A stretch of DNA of 64,000 nucleotides, taken from Macrostomum lignano (lineage: Eukaryota). This document shows, piece after piece, positions 44,690 through 57,630 of the stretch. A program made the translations under genes and the position numbers. The stretch lies in assembly GCA_002269645.1 (NCBI GenBank), contig NIVC01000955.1:186001-250000 (forward strand), read 5' to 3'. The first letter of the stretch is position 1, and each line of letters starts with the position of its first letter. The notes beneath the pieces are model-generated. The model ran no database searches, was not told where the DNA came from, and saw nothing but the letters and a program-made list of their open reading frames with translations.

Positions 44690-45945
44690 TCTACTAAGAC
44701 TCTACCAAATACTTAATCAGACTCTACTTGGACTGTACTAAGACTCTACCGAAGACTTTACCAGACTCTACTAAGACTCTAACAAGACTCTACCAGACTC
44801 TACCAGACTCTACGAAGAGGGCACCCGAGTTGGCTTGGTGATCAACGCATTCAAGACTGAGGTGCTCCACGTGGGCGCTGCAACTACCCCTGCGCTAGCT
44901 CTTCCAAATGGAGAAGTCGTCAAGGTGTGCGAGGACTTCCGCTACCTCGGCTCCCTTGTCTTGAACCCCGACACCATTGTCTCTGACAGGAGGACTAAGG
45001 CCTGGCGTGCGGCACGCATGCCCAGGAGCGTCTTTAATTCAACCGCTCGCGACGACCTAAAGATGCGCCTTTTCCGCACTGCCGTTGAGCCGATTCTCCT
45101 ATATGGCATGGAGGCTGTGCCAATGACTGCGACGCGACAGCAAGCCCTGGATGCTCACTACAGGTCGCTGCTCCGCTATGCCCTGGCCGTGCACTACCCT
45201 GATACTGTGCCGACCAGGGACCTGATGACTCGCGCTGGTGTTCCCGCGCTCAGCTGCACTATCCGTAAACGCCGTCAGATGTTACTTGGCCACTGCCTAA
45301 GAAGCCACGGCCGCGGCGAGCAAAATCCTCTGGCGCTGGCTCTCCTGCATCAGCCCACCGAGCGCCTGCGCCGTGGCCAAGGCGGAACTGTGACGCTAAA
45401 TGATACGTTTCTGACTGACTTGCAGGCCATCGGGCTCAGCCCCCAGTCCGCCATGACTTGCCCCTCTCGGTTGCTCTGCGAACGCGTCCGCGCAAAGTCT
45501 AGCTAGATCTCTTTTTGTCTGTGCTACTCTCTGCATCCCTATATATATATCAGAATACCAGACTCTATTAGGACTGTACTAAGACTCTACCAAAGACTCT
45601 ACCAAAGAATCTACCAAATACTCTTACAAAGACTCTGCCAAAGACTCTACCAAAGACTCTACCAAAGACTCTTACAAAGACACTGCCAAAGACTCTACCA
45701 AAGACTCTACCAAAGACTCTACCAAAGACTCTACCAAAGACTCTACCAAAGACTCTTACAAAGACTCTGCCAAAGACTCTACCAAAGACTCTTACAAAGA
45801 CTCTGCCAAAGACTCTACCAAAGACTCTTACAAAGACTCTGCCAAAGACTCTACCAAAGACTCTACCAAAGACTCTACCAAAGACTCTACTAAAACTCTA
45901 ACGAAGACTCTACCATGGACTCTAACAAAGACTACTAAAGACTAA
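44690..45945. repeat. 12-bp minisatellite (AAAGACTCTACC) interrupted by the RTE insertion
   Basis: Units at 44690-44813 and about 45555-45945. Confidence 0.93.
44814..45550 (+). mobile_element. 5'-truncated RTE-clade non-LTR retrotransposon (RT C-terminus/thumb, short 3' UTR, (TA)n tail)
   Basis: Open frame 44814-45506 with GLVINAFKTE, FRYLGS, AVEPILLYGMEA, IRKRRQMLLGHCLR; TATATATATAT tail at 45540-45550. Confidence 0.85.
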
Positions 45946-47104
45946 ATGAAGTTCCTAACCAATCTGATTTACTATCTAGCTTGCACTGCCTATTCATCCG
46001 AGTGAAAAAGTTTTGTTGCAGAAAGTCGTCTAGTTTTCCTTTAAATTCTTTCTCAGTGGCGGCTGCGCAGAAGAGAAAGTGACAGAAATAATTAATTAAT
46101 AGTAGTGTGTATGCATTATTAAAATATTTGATTCGAACAGACAGACCTCACTGCAGGACCCTGGGAATTTCTGCATAAGCGGCAACACTCATTCTTACAT
46201 ACAGCTAAGGCTCTGCTGCGCAAAATTCACTCAAAAATATAACATTTTTCATTTGTAACGTACATGCACCGAGCCGCAAAAGTCAGTGTTGACAAATGCT
46301 AAAAAATGAGAATTAATCTTCTTAACACTAAACTGTTTAGTAATACTCATTCGTATATTAAACATAATATTATAAAGATAAATACGGCGGCATGTGAATC
46401 GCCCGATAACTTTCTGATTTTTTTGCGCAAAAGCCCCAAATCGAGCTTGGGTACTCCTCCAGTCCAAGAACGGCTCCAGAGGTCCATAACGGAAACGACG
46501 GTTGTCCATAAACAACATAAATATGAGTCGATGATCTACTACTCATGGTGGAGTTTCATAGAATGAAACTTTTACGCCTATTGTCAAGCATAATTTTAGC
46601 TGTAGGCACAGCAGAATACTCATTGTTCCTCACTGGCTGCTCCCCTAACTTTCACTTCCCCCCGTCTGTCTCTCCATCTATCTAGCATCTGGTATCTGAA
46701 TAGTAAGCTGGGGAGTTGATGAGGCTGCAATTTTCAATTCAATTCCATGGCCTGCAGCAGCAATGCATAGCGGGCAACTCAGACAATATATGCATTTTTT
46801 TCATCACTGAGTCAGACACTCTCCCCTCCCAGGCTCTTCCTGTCTTCATCGCGTCACATTACTGGGCCGGGGGGCTCCACACACTCAGACGGGATGGCGC
46901 AAGCGTGAGAAAGCAGTGGACAAGCAGGTCAGCGTTGCTGCTTACAGAAGCCATTAAATATTTATTGGGGGGAGGGTCAGAGCCAGCCTCCTATCCTCAT
47001 CCAGCATATTATGTGCCATCCTTGTTTCCATTCGCCAACTCTTTAAATCTTGCAGGCCAAGAAATGACCTCAGTTAACTCACTCTGCTATGTAGGAAATG
47101 CGAT

Positions 47105-47258
47105 TGCCAGCACCAAGGGGCGCCAGCACCAGGGGCGCCAGCACCAGGGGCGCCAGCACCAGGGGCGCCAGCACCAGGGGCGCCAGCACCAGGGGCGCCA
47201 GCACCAGGGGCGCCAGCACCAGGGGCGCCAGCACCAGGGGCGCCAGCACCAGGGGTGC
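47105..47258. repeat. 15-bp minisatellite (GGGGCGCCAGCACCA), about 10 copies
   Basis: Direct inspection; same family as 54205-55548. Confidence 0.97.
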
Positions 47259-48089
47259 TAAAAAACTATACTCTAAACAGCGCCATGTACTTTTACTATC
47301 TGATCTGTGAGGGCCATGCCCCCACCTGCCCCTCCCTGTGTTTCATTGCAGAGCATTGATATTTATACACTATAGTTAGCTACAGCAAATTTGAACATGT
47401 GCAAAGCTCATACAGCCAGTGTGTGCGCCGTTGATTCGCGGCGCTTCCCTCTCTTAGCCTCTCAGCTCCTCCCCTCTGCCTCAGTTATTTTCCCACGAGG
47501 ATTAACGGAGTTGCTATACTGGGAGCTCTGTTGCTTCTGACTCAACTCGCTTTAAGCAGACCCCATGGCCACTTTAGAGCAGTGCTCCCCCCCACACCCG
47601 CCACCCCTGCCTGAACGCAGCCCCTCTCCGCAATCAAGAAGTGTCTGGAAGAAGTTTCTCTGTCAAAGTATAGAAAAATCTTATATATTTGAGACTATTT
47701 TAGTAAGTATAAGATTTTGGCATTGCAATGCTTCTCTGGGCTTACGAACACTGTGTGTGCATGTGCAGATTTTTGGGCCATATTGAATTGAAGTGTCTTC
47801 TTGGCTTTCTACTCAAAGAAAAATATTGCTACTTTTCTCGCCCTACGAACAAAAACTTCCCCGGTCAGTTGAAGTGAGTTTTTACCGTTGACAGCTAAAG
47901 CATTTATGAAAAGCAAACCCTGTTTAGCTTGGAAACTAAATCATGTCAATATTGGAAAAAGACACTATTCTTTAAGCACATAGAAGTGCCAATACTGTAC
48001 ACAGGCACGCACTCATAAACACGCTCACACATGGTGTACAACGGCCCCCTCCCCAGCAAGCCTTGACATCTTAAGATGCTAAGTAGCAA

Positions 48090-50725
48090 TCTCCCGAGCA
48101 AGCATCCCCCGAGCAAGCATCCCCCAGATAGCAAGCATCCCCCGAGCAAGCATCCCCCGAGCAAGCATCCCCCAGATAGCAAGCATCCCCCCAGATAGCA
48201 AGCATCCCCCATATATCAAGCATCCCCAGATAGCAAGCATCCCCCAGATAGCAAGCATCCCCCAGATAGCAAGCATCCCCCCAGATAGCAAGCATCCCCC
48301 ATATATCAAGCATCCCCAGATATCAAGCATCCTCCAGATAGCAAGCATCCCCCAGATAGCATGCATCCCCCAGATAGCATGCATCCCCCAGATAGCAAGC
48401 ATCTCCCAGATAGCAAGAAGCATCCCCCAGATAGCATGCATCCCCCAGATAGCAAGAAGCATCCCCCAGATAGCAAGCATCCCCCAGATAGCAAGCATCC
48501 CCCAGATAGCAAGCATCCCCCAGATAGCAAGAAGCATCCCCCAGATAGCAAGCATCCCCCAGATAGCAAGCATCCCCCAGATAGCAAAAAGCATCCCCCA
48601 GATAGCAAGCATCCACCCAGATAGCAAGCATCCCCCAGATAGCAAGCATCCCCCAGATAGCAAGCATCCCCCAGATAGCAAGCATCCCCCAGATAGCAAG
48701 CATCCCCCAGATAGCAAGCATCCCCCAGATAGCAAGCATCCCCCAGATAGCAAGCATCCCCAGATAGCAAGCATCCCCCAGATAGCAAGCATCCCCCAGA
48801 TAGCAAGCATCCCCCAGATAGCAATCATCCCCCAGATAGCAAGCATCCCCCAGATAGCATGCATCCCCCAGATAGCAAGAAGCATCCCCAGATAGCAAGC
48901 ATCCACCCAGATAGCAAGAAGCATCCCCCAGATAGCAAGCATCCCCCAGATAGCAAGCATCTCCCAGATCGCAAGCATCCACCCAGATATCAAGCATCCC
49001 CAGATATCAAGCATCCCCCAGATAGCAAGCATCCCCAGATAGCAAGCATCCCCCAGATAGCAAAAAGCATCCCCCAGATAGCAAGCATCCCCAGATAGCA
49101 AGCATCCCCCAGATAGCAAAAAGCATCCCCCAGATAGCAAGCATCCCCCAGATAGCAAGAAGCATCCCCCAGATAGCAAGCATCCCCCAGATAGCAAGCA
49201 TCCCCCAGATAGCATGCATCTCCCAGATAGCATGCATCCCCCAGATAGCATGCATCCCCCAGATAGCAAGCATCCACCCAGATAGCAAGCATCCCCCCAG
49301 ATAGCAAAAAGCATCCCCCAGATAGCAAGCATCCCCCAGATAGCAAGCACCCCCCAGATAGCAAGCATCCCCCAGATAGCAAAAAGCATCCCCCAGATAG
49401 CAAGCATCCCCCAGATAGCAAGAAGCATCCCCCAGATAGCAAGCATCCCCCAGATAGCATGCATCCCCCAGATAGCAAAAAGCATCCCCCAGATAGCATG
49501 CATCCCCCAGATAGCAAGAAGCATCCCCCAGATAGCAAGAAGCATCCCCCAGATAGCAAGAAGCATCCCCCAGATAGCAAGCATCCACCCAGATCGCAAG
49601 CATCCACCCAGATAGCAAGCATCCCCCAGATAGCAAGAAGCATCCCCCAGATAGCAAGCATCCACCCAGATAGCAAGAAGCATCCCCCAGATAGCAAGCA
49701 TCCCCCAGATAGCAAGAAGCATCCCCAGATAGCAAGAAGCATCCCCCAGATAGCAAGAAGCATCCCCCAGATAGCAAGCATCCACCCAGATCGCAAGCAT
49801 CCACCCAGATAGCAAGCATCCCCCAGATAGCAAGCATCCCCCAGATAGCAAGCATCCCCCAGATAGCAAGAAGCATCCCCCAGATAGCAAGAAGCATCCC
49901 CCAGATAGCAAGCATCCCCCAGATAGCAAGCATCTCCCAGATAGCAAGCATCCACCCAGATAGCAAGCATCCCCCAGATAGCAAGCATCCCCCAGATAGC
50001 AAGCATCCCCCAGATAGCAATCATCCCCCAGATATCAAGCATCCCCAGATATCAAGCATCCCCCAGATAGCAAGCATCCCCAGATAGCAAGCATCCCCCA
50101 GATAGCAAAAAGCATCCCCCAGATAGCAAGCATCCCCCAGATAGCAAGAAGCATCCCCCAGATAGCAAGCATCCCCCAGATAGCAAAAAGCATCCCCAGA
50201 TAGCAAGCATCCCCCAGATAGCAAGCACCCCCAGATAGCAAGCATCCCCCAGATAGCAAAAAGCATCCCCCAGATAGCAAGCATCCCCCAGATAGCAAGA
50301 AGCATCCCCCAGATAGCAAGCATCCCCAGATAGCATGCATCCCCCAGATAGCAAAAGCATCCCCCAGATAGCATGCATCCCCCAGATAGCAAAAAGCATC
50401 CCCCAGATAGCAAGAAGCATCCCCAGATAGCAAGAAGCATCCCCCAGATAGCAAGCATCCACCCAGATCGCAAGCATCCACCCAGATAGCAAGCATCCCC
50501 CAGATAGCAAGAAGCATCCCCCAGATAGCAAGCATCTCCCAGATAGCATGCATCTCCCAGATAGCATGCATCCCCCAGATAGCAAGCATCCCCCAGATAG
50601 CAAGCATCCCCCAGATAGCAAGCATCCCCCAGATAGCAAAATGCATCCCCCAGATAGCAAAAAGCATCCCCCAGATAGCAAGCATCCCCCAGATAGCAAG
50701 CATCCCCCAGATAGCAAGCATCCCT
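48090..50725. repeat. 18/21-bp minisatellite (GCAAGCATCCCCCAGATA, with +AAG/+AAA variants), about 140 copies
   Basis: Direct inspection; C-run length varies, giving repeat-derived ORFs in all minus frames. Confidence 0.98.
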
Positions 50726-51664
50726 AGTTTTATAAATTCACGTCATGTACTGGACTTTCCCTCAGTTTGCGTATCCATGTATCCCCCAATTGCCCCGGGC
50801 GAACGTCTATGGTCTCAGTGTAAATTTCATTTATTTGCATCGGTGCAAATAAACGGTTTATTTCACTCGCCCAAAGACAATATTAAAACGCTGCTTCTAA
50901 CTGCTCACTTGGCTACATAGAGAGAATTGTCTGAAACATTCACCGCATGTCTGAATCTGCACAATATTGTATAGAAATTCTGCTATAGACCATAGACATC
51001 AAATCATTTTTTAAAATTGTCTTAACGTTTTTAAATGTGGGGGCTCTGCCCCCACACCCCCGCAAGGGGGCTCGGCGCCCCTTGACCCCGCTTTCCTTGT
51101 TACGCTGCTTCTACGTTTACGTGGTGGATGCATCACATATTCCCCGTTAATACCAAGTGTCTAGGGCAATAAATGCTTGAGTGACTTGTTTATTGACCGA
51201 GGCGAAGCGGGGAAATGGGGAATAAATACCATTTATAGCCATAGAAATAAGACTGAGAGCCCAGATTCACTAGCAGCAATAAATCAGTGTGCTACCAGTC
51301 TCAGTGGTCTGAGCCCTCCCCTCAGGCCATATCAGATAAATGGCGGCTCTCCATCTGCCATCTGGGTTGCAAAGTTGCGTCATCTCAGCCCGACTCTATA
51401 GGGGGGAATGACCCAGGCAGAGCGATAATCTAGTTTAAGAGAAGTCTTCTCAAAACGCGGGTCCGGTCTGTCCTCTCATTGCGTGTCAGCGGGGCAGATA
51501 TTATATTATATAAATATATCTAAAAAAGATCTGAATTGCTAATTGCTAATTGAATAATAACGCGGGCAAGTTAATTAGGAGAATTCACTCGATATAACAT
51601 CGAGTCAGGCCTTTCGAAACTGGAACTTTTAAACTTAAAAACTGATACAGTCAGAGCCAGGGCA

Positions 51665-51950
51665 GATCAAGCGAGGAGAGGGAGGAGAGATCAAGCGAGG
51701 AGAGGGAGGAGAGATCAAGCGAGGAGAGGGAGGAGAGATCAAGCGAGGAGAGGGAGGAGAGATCAAGCGAGGAGAGGGAGGAGAGATCAAGCGAGGAGAG
51801 GGAGGAGAGATCAAGCGAGGAGAGGGAGGAGAGATCAAGCGAGGAGTGGGAGGAGAGATCAAGCGAGAGAGGGAGGAGAGATCAAGCGAGGAGAGGGAGG
51901 AGAGGAGAGGGAGGGAGAGGGAGAGAGAGGAGAGGGAGGAGAGATCAAGC
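51665..51950. repeat. 24-bp purine-rich minisatellite (GATCAAGCGAGGAGAGGGAGGAGA), about 10 copies
   Basis: Direct inspection. Confidence 0.95.
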
Positions 51951-52334
51951 GAAGGAGATGGACAGATTAGGCGAAGGATGGGGAGAGATTAAGAGAAGGG
52001 AAAGTGAGTTTTTAGCAGAAATCTTCCCATTACCTTTTTGATCATCATCAGATCTGCTCCTTTGTCGACACGACTTCAAATTTGAAAATTTAATGAGCGA
52101 AGTCTGCAGCAGTGCAGTGAGGTTCTTTCATCGCATTCTTGCCTGAGTTGGATGATTGAACTATTTAGCTCTGTCTCCCGGCCTGTCACTGACGAGAAAT
52201 TGCTGTCGTCGACTTCATGATTCGATTGAACTCTTTCTGAGCCTTTCCAACTTCTTTTAGATTTAGTGCAGAAATTTTGAGTCTCCAAATGGTTGCTCTC
52301 CCCGTGCCCTATTCTTGCTCACTAATTCTACACG

Positions 52335-53572
52335 CTCCGCCTCTCCCTCTCCTTCTCCGCCTCTCCCTCTCCTTCTCCGCCTCTCCTTCTCCTTCTCCGC
52401 CTCTCCCTCTCCTTCTCCGCCTCTCCCTCTCCTTCTCCGCCTCTCCCTCTCCTTCTCCGCCTCTCCCTCTCCTTCTCCGCCTCTCCTTCTCCTTCTCCGC
52501 CTCTCCCTCTCCTTCTCCGCCTCTCCCTCTCCTTCTCCGCCTCTCCCTCTCCTTCTCCGCCTCTCCCTCTCCTTCTCCGCCTCTCCCTCTCCTTCTCCGC
52601 CTCTCCCTCTCCTTCTCCGCCTCTCCCTCTCTTTCTCCGCCTCTCCCTCTCCTTCTCCGCCTCTCCCTCTCCTTCTCCGCCTCTCCCTCTCCTTCTCCGC
52701 CTCTCCCTCTCCTTCTCCGCCTCTCCCTCTCCTTCTCCGCCTCTCCCTCTCCTTCTCCGCCTCTCCCTCTCCTTCTCCGCCTCTCCCTCTCCTTCTCCGC
52801 CTCTCCCTCTCCTTCTCCGCCTCTCCCTCTCCTTCTCCGCCTCTCCCTCTCCTTCTCCGCCTCTCCCTCTCCTTCTCCGCCTCTCCCTCTCCTTCTCCGC
52901 CTCTCCCTCTCCTTCTCCGCCTCTCCCTCTCCTTCTCCGCCTCTCCCTCTCCTTCTCCGCCTCTCCCTCTCCTTCTCCGCCTCTCCCTCTCCTTCTCCGC
53001 CTCTCCCTCTCCTTCTCCGCCTCTCCCTCTCCTTCTCCGCCTCTCCCTCTCCTTCTCCGCCTCTCCCTCTCCTTCTCCGCCTCTCCCTCTCCTTCTCCGC
53101 CTCTCCCTCTCCTTCTCCGCCTCTCCCTCTCCTTCTCCGCCTCTCCCTCTCCTTCTCCGCCTCTCCCTCTCCTTCTCCGCCTCTCCCTCTCCTTCTCCGC
53201 CTCTCCCTCTCCTTCTCCGCCTCTCCCTCTCCTTCTCCGCCTCTCCCTCTCCTTCTCCGCCTCTCCCTCTCCTTCTCCGCCTCTCCCTCTCCTTCTCCGC
53301 CTCTCCCTCTCCTTCTCCGCCTCTCCCTCTCCTTCTCCGCCTCTCCCTCTCCTTCTCCGCCTCTCCCTCTCCTTCTCCGCCTCTCCCTCTCCTTCTCCGC
53401 CTCTCCCTCTCCTTCTCCGCCTCTCCCTCTCCTTCTCCCCCTCTCCCTCTCCTTCTCCGCCTCTCCCTCTCCTTCTCCGCCTCTCCCTCTCCTTCTCCCC
53501 CTCTCCCTCTCCTTCTCCGCCTCTCCCTCTCCTTCTCCGCCTCTCCCTCTCCTTCTCCCCCTCTCCCTCTCA
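52335..53572. repeat. 20-bp pyrimidine-rich minisatellite (CTCCGCCTCTCCCTCTCCTT), about 61 copies
   Basis: Exact 20-bp register, nearly homogeneous. Confidence 0.99.
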
Positions 53573-54204
53573 TTTTTATTTTCCTCTCCATGTCTCCCTC
53601 TTTCCCTTCTCTCCACGGCTCCCTCACACACAGTCAAAATTAATAAACATGAAATTTCCTTTCTCCATCTCTCTCTTTTAGTTCAACTTCTTTCCCAAAA
53701 AATCCAACAGGAACAGCGATGCTTAATAGAATCTCAGAAACCCCCACATCAGCTGTCGCTCCATGTCAGACCGCGGCGAATGAACAATCAAGTTGGAGGC
53801 CTCCTCAATCAATTTCTAAGCGTCTGGTGACGAACGGGAGTCGATTATAAAATCATTTTTAGCGCTAGAATAGCATGCCCAAGCCTATGAGTATCGATGG
53901 ACAGAGATAGCGCTGCTTGGGTTCGACGCGCACCCGCAGAAGATTTTTTGACAGACAAAATAAATGGAAAAATCTAATCAGCTGAATTCGTGGCATCTCA
54001 CCGTCAATTGATGCCTCCGATACCGTCCCTACTCACTCACTCTCTCTGAGTCTCCGACTCAAATTAATTAAAGCCTATAGAATAGGGAGTTTAGCCATGG
54101 AGATCGTGAAGCTGATCCTGGAGTATAGCTGACTGTCTCTGGCTCCAAGACATGGCGCCGAATGCAGCAATGGGGGTGTAGCTATGATCTTTTATTGGGA
54201 GGGA

Positions 54205-55548
54205 TACCAGGGGCTTTAGCACCAGGGGATTTAGCACCAGGGGCTTTAGCACCAGGGGCTTTAGCACCAGGGGCTTTAGCACCAGGGGCTTTAGCACCAG
54301 GGGCTTTAGCACCAGGGGCTTTAGCACCAGGGGCTTTAGCAGCACCGAGGGATTTAGCACCAGGGGCTTTAGCAGCACCGGGGGATTTAGCACCAGGGGC
54401 TTTAGCACCAGGGGATTTAGCACCAGGGGCTTTAGCACCAGGGGCTTTAGCACCAGGGGCTTTAGCACCAGGGGCTTTAGCACCAGGGGCTTTAGCACCA
54501 GGGGCTTTAGCACCATGGGCTTTAGCAGCACCGGGGGATTTAGCACCAGGGGCTTTAGCACCAGGGGCTTTAGCAGCACCGGGGGCTTTAGCAGCACCGG
54601 GGGCTTTAGCAGCACCGGGGGATTTAGCACCAGGGGCTTTAGCAGCACCGGGGGATTTAGCACCAGGGGCTTTAGCACCAGGGGCTTTAGCACCAGGGGC
54701 TTTAGCAGCACCGGGGGATTTAGCACCAGGGGATTTAGCACCAGGGGCTTTAGCAGCACCGGGGGCTTTAGCAGCACCGAGGGAGGGCGCCAGCACCGGG
54801 GGCGCCAGCACCGGGGGCGCCAGCACCGGGGGCGCCAGCACCGGGGGCGCCAGCACCGGGGGCGCCAGCACCGGGGGCGCCAGCACCGGGGGCGCCAGCA
54901 CCAGGGGCGCCAGCACCAGGGGCGCCAGCACCGGGGGCGCCAGCACCGGGGCGCCAGCACCGGGGGCGCCAGCACCGGGGGCGCCAGCACCGGGGGCGCC
55001 AGCACCGGGGGCGCCAGCACCGGGGGCGCCAGCACCGGGGGCGCCAGCACCGGGGGCGCCAGCACCGGGGGCGCCAGCACCGGGGGCGCCAGCACCGGGG
55101 GCGCCAGCACCGGGGGCGCCAGCACCGGGGGCGCCAGCACCGGGGGCGCCAGCACCGGGGGCGCCAGCACCGGGGGCGCCAGCACCGGGGCGCCAGCACC
55201 GGGGGCGCCAGCACCGGGGGCGCCAGCACCGGGGGCGCCAGCACCGGGGGCGCCAGCACCGGGGGCGCCAGCACCGGGGGCGCCAGCACCGGGGGCGCCA
55301 GCACCGGGGGCGCCAGCACCGGGGGCGCCAGCACCGGGGGCGCCAGCACCGGGGGCGCCAGCACCGGGGGCGCCAGCACCGGGGGCGCCAGCACCGGGGG
55401 CGCCAGCACCGGGGGCGCCAGCACCGGGGGCGCCAGCACCGGGGGCGCCAGCACCGGGGGCGCCAGCACCGGGGGCGCCAGCACCGGGGGCGCCAGCACC
55501 GGGGGCGCCAGCACCGGGGGCGCCAGCACCAGCGGCTTTAGCACCAAG
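54205..55548. repeat. Composite 15/18-bp GC-rich minisatellite: GGGGCTTTAGCACCA domain (to ~54780), then GGGGGCGCCAGCACC domain
   Basis: Abrupt unit switch at about 54781-54790 and return to CTTTAGCACCA at 55537. Confidence 0.98.
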
Positions 55549-56916
55549 GAACGCTTATGGACACAAACTATGATTACTATAGATATTTAGTAAAAAAGCC
55601 ACTGAAACAGCCCCAAAGATTAACAGATACCGCAGTGGCTTCCAAGTGCATGAAAATTTTTATTGGGATGTTTTTGTGGCCTCCTCGACGTCTGCCCTCA
55701 AATGAGTAATCAACCCTGACAGCAAATCACATCAAACCTTGTGCTTCATCAAGACCTCCCCGACAGCTGAGGATATAATCTATTCATAGTGAAATGCTTT
55801 GCAGTCCAGCATCAATCCTTCTCTCTATACTCAAGTGCAGAGCTGTCCGGAGCTTGACTGCCTGATTTCCTGTATAGAGTATGACTGGCTGCCCGGCGGG
55901 CTGGGGTAATCCACTGAAACCCGATGTCAGCTTTATGATTGTTAATAAATAAATTGTCATGAATTGGCATAAATGCATCTTGTCATTTTGCTGAAGTTGG
56001 TCGCGAGGTATTCTTTAGTGAGACAGAAGGATATGAGATGAGAGTTAAAGATATGGGATGAGATGTAAGGATATTGGGATGAAGTAAAGAATGTAAAAGA
56101 TATAAAATTGATTTTCCTGAAACACCAATGCCAGTGCGGATGCTTGCTCATTCACTATCATTTCATATCTCCCCAAAAATCTCTCTTTAAACCCGCAGTA
56201 ATCCAATACGCCACCTAGCAGGGCCGCTGTTTCCCACCCTTCTCAACCCCTTCCTATAATCCTTCGGGCAAAAACTCATTTTAATCGGCAGAGACTTAGA
56301 ACAGGAAGCCCCCCACACAGACAGGCACCGCCACCAGCTGCTACTGCTGCTGCAGAAAAGTGGCCCCTCTATATACATGTAGCTGCTGGTAGCCATTATA
56401 TAGTGTATTGCAATATATGAAATATGATGAGTCAACCCAGCCTTCTCTGTGTGTGTCAAAGACGTCAAAGAGACAGACAGAGAATATCATAAATATCCCA
56501 GTAGCTATCGGGACCCCCTTTCTCAAAGAATTTTATTATTCAATAAGAAATAATCTATCTAACATATTGCAAGGAACTTAATCCAGACCCCCATACTTGA
56601 GCTTCCATTGCATAGGCACCTGGGGTCTAGTCCTAGCATTCAGTGATATAATCCCCCGTAGCTATAGCCCAGTTTGTCAAAAACGCCAGAAAAATCTTAG
56701 CAGAAAAAGCAGCAAGAGCTTTGCTGCTGCTGCTGTTTTTTTTTCTTGTGTTTTTTTTGTTTCTCGCGCGGACCCGGCCTAAACCCGCGATCCTGTCAAG
56801 CCGGTGTGAGTCACAGCTCCACTCTACCGATCCCTTAGCTGCCAACATCCTCTCTTACGAGTGGGTCCCGAATCCTTATCAAAACAGCGCTGCAATATCC
56901 TGTCCTATATGAATTG

Positions 56917-57500
56917 TCCATAGTTTGTGAAGTTTCTATTATAGTTTATGAAGTTTCTGTTATAGTTTGTGAAGTTTCTATTATAGTTTGTGAAGTTTCT
57001 GTTATAGTTTGTGAAGTTTCTGTTATAGTTTGTGAAGTTTCTGTTATAGTTTGTGAAGTTTCTGTTATAGTTTGTGAAGTTTCTGTTATAGTTTGTGAAG
57101 ATTCTGTTATAGTTTGTGAAGTTTCTATTATAGTTTGTGAAGTTTCTGTTATAGTTTGTGAAGTTTCTGTTATAGTTTGTGAAGTTTCTATTATAGTTTG
57201 TGAAGTTTCTGTTATAGTTTGTGAAGTTTCTGTTATAGTTTGTGAAGTTTCTGTTATAGTTTGTGAAGTTTCTATTATAGTTTGTGAAGTTTCTATTATA
57301 GTTTGTGAAGTTTCTATTATAATTTGTGAAGTTTCTGTTATAGTTTGTGAAGTTTCTATTATAGTTTGTGAAGTTTCTGTTATAGTTTGTGAAGTTTCTG
57401 TTATAGTTTGTGAAGTTTCTGTTATAGTTTGTGAAGTTTCTGTTATAGTTTGTGAAGTTTCTGTTATAATTTTTGAAGATTCTGTTATAGTTTGTGAAGC
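56917..57500. repeat. 21-bp minisatellite (ATAGTTTGTGAAGTTTCTGTT), about 28 copies
   Basis: Direct inspection; the VIVCEVS ORF is its artefact. Confidence 0.98.
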
Positions 57501-57616
57501 AAGTTTTTTACAAGAAAATCCGTAGGTCCTTGGTTCGATTCAATTGCGCGAATGTCTCTTTCTTGTCTCTCTGTCTCTCGGTCGCTTTGGCGACGCCAGT
57601 TGCCTAAATCCCTGCG

Positions 57617-57630
57617 GTTGCCATGGAGAC
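57617..57630. promoter_or_regulatory. RFX X-box (GTTGCCATGGAGAC)
   Basis: Matches the RFX palindromic consensus; lies in a CpG-rich unique island (57540-57900) with a further GTTGCCTA half-site at ~57599. Confidence 0.45.

Noticed and set aside
51431-51447. 17-bp exact match to 39785-39801
   Set aside because: A single AT-rich 17-mer match is plausible by chance in 64 kb.
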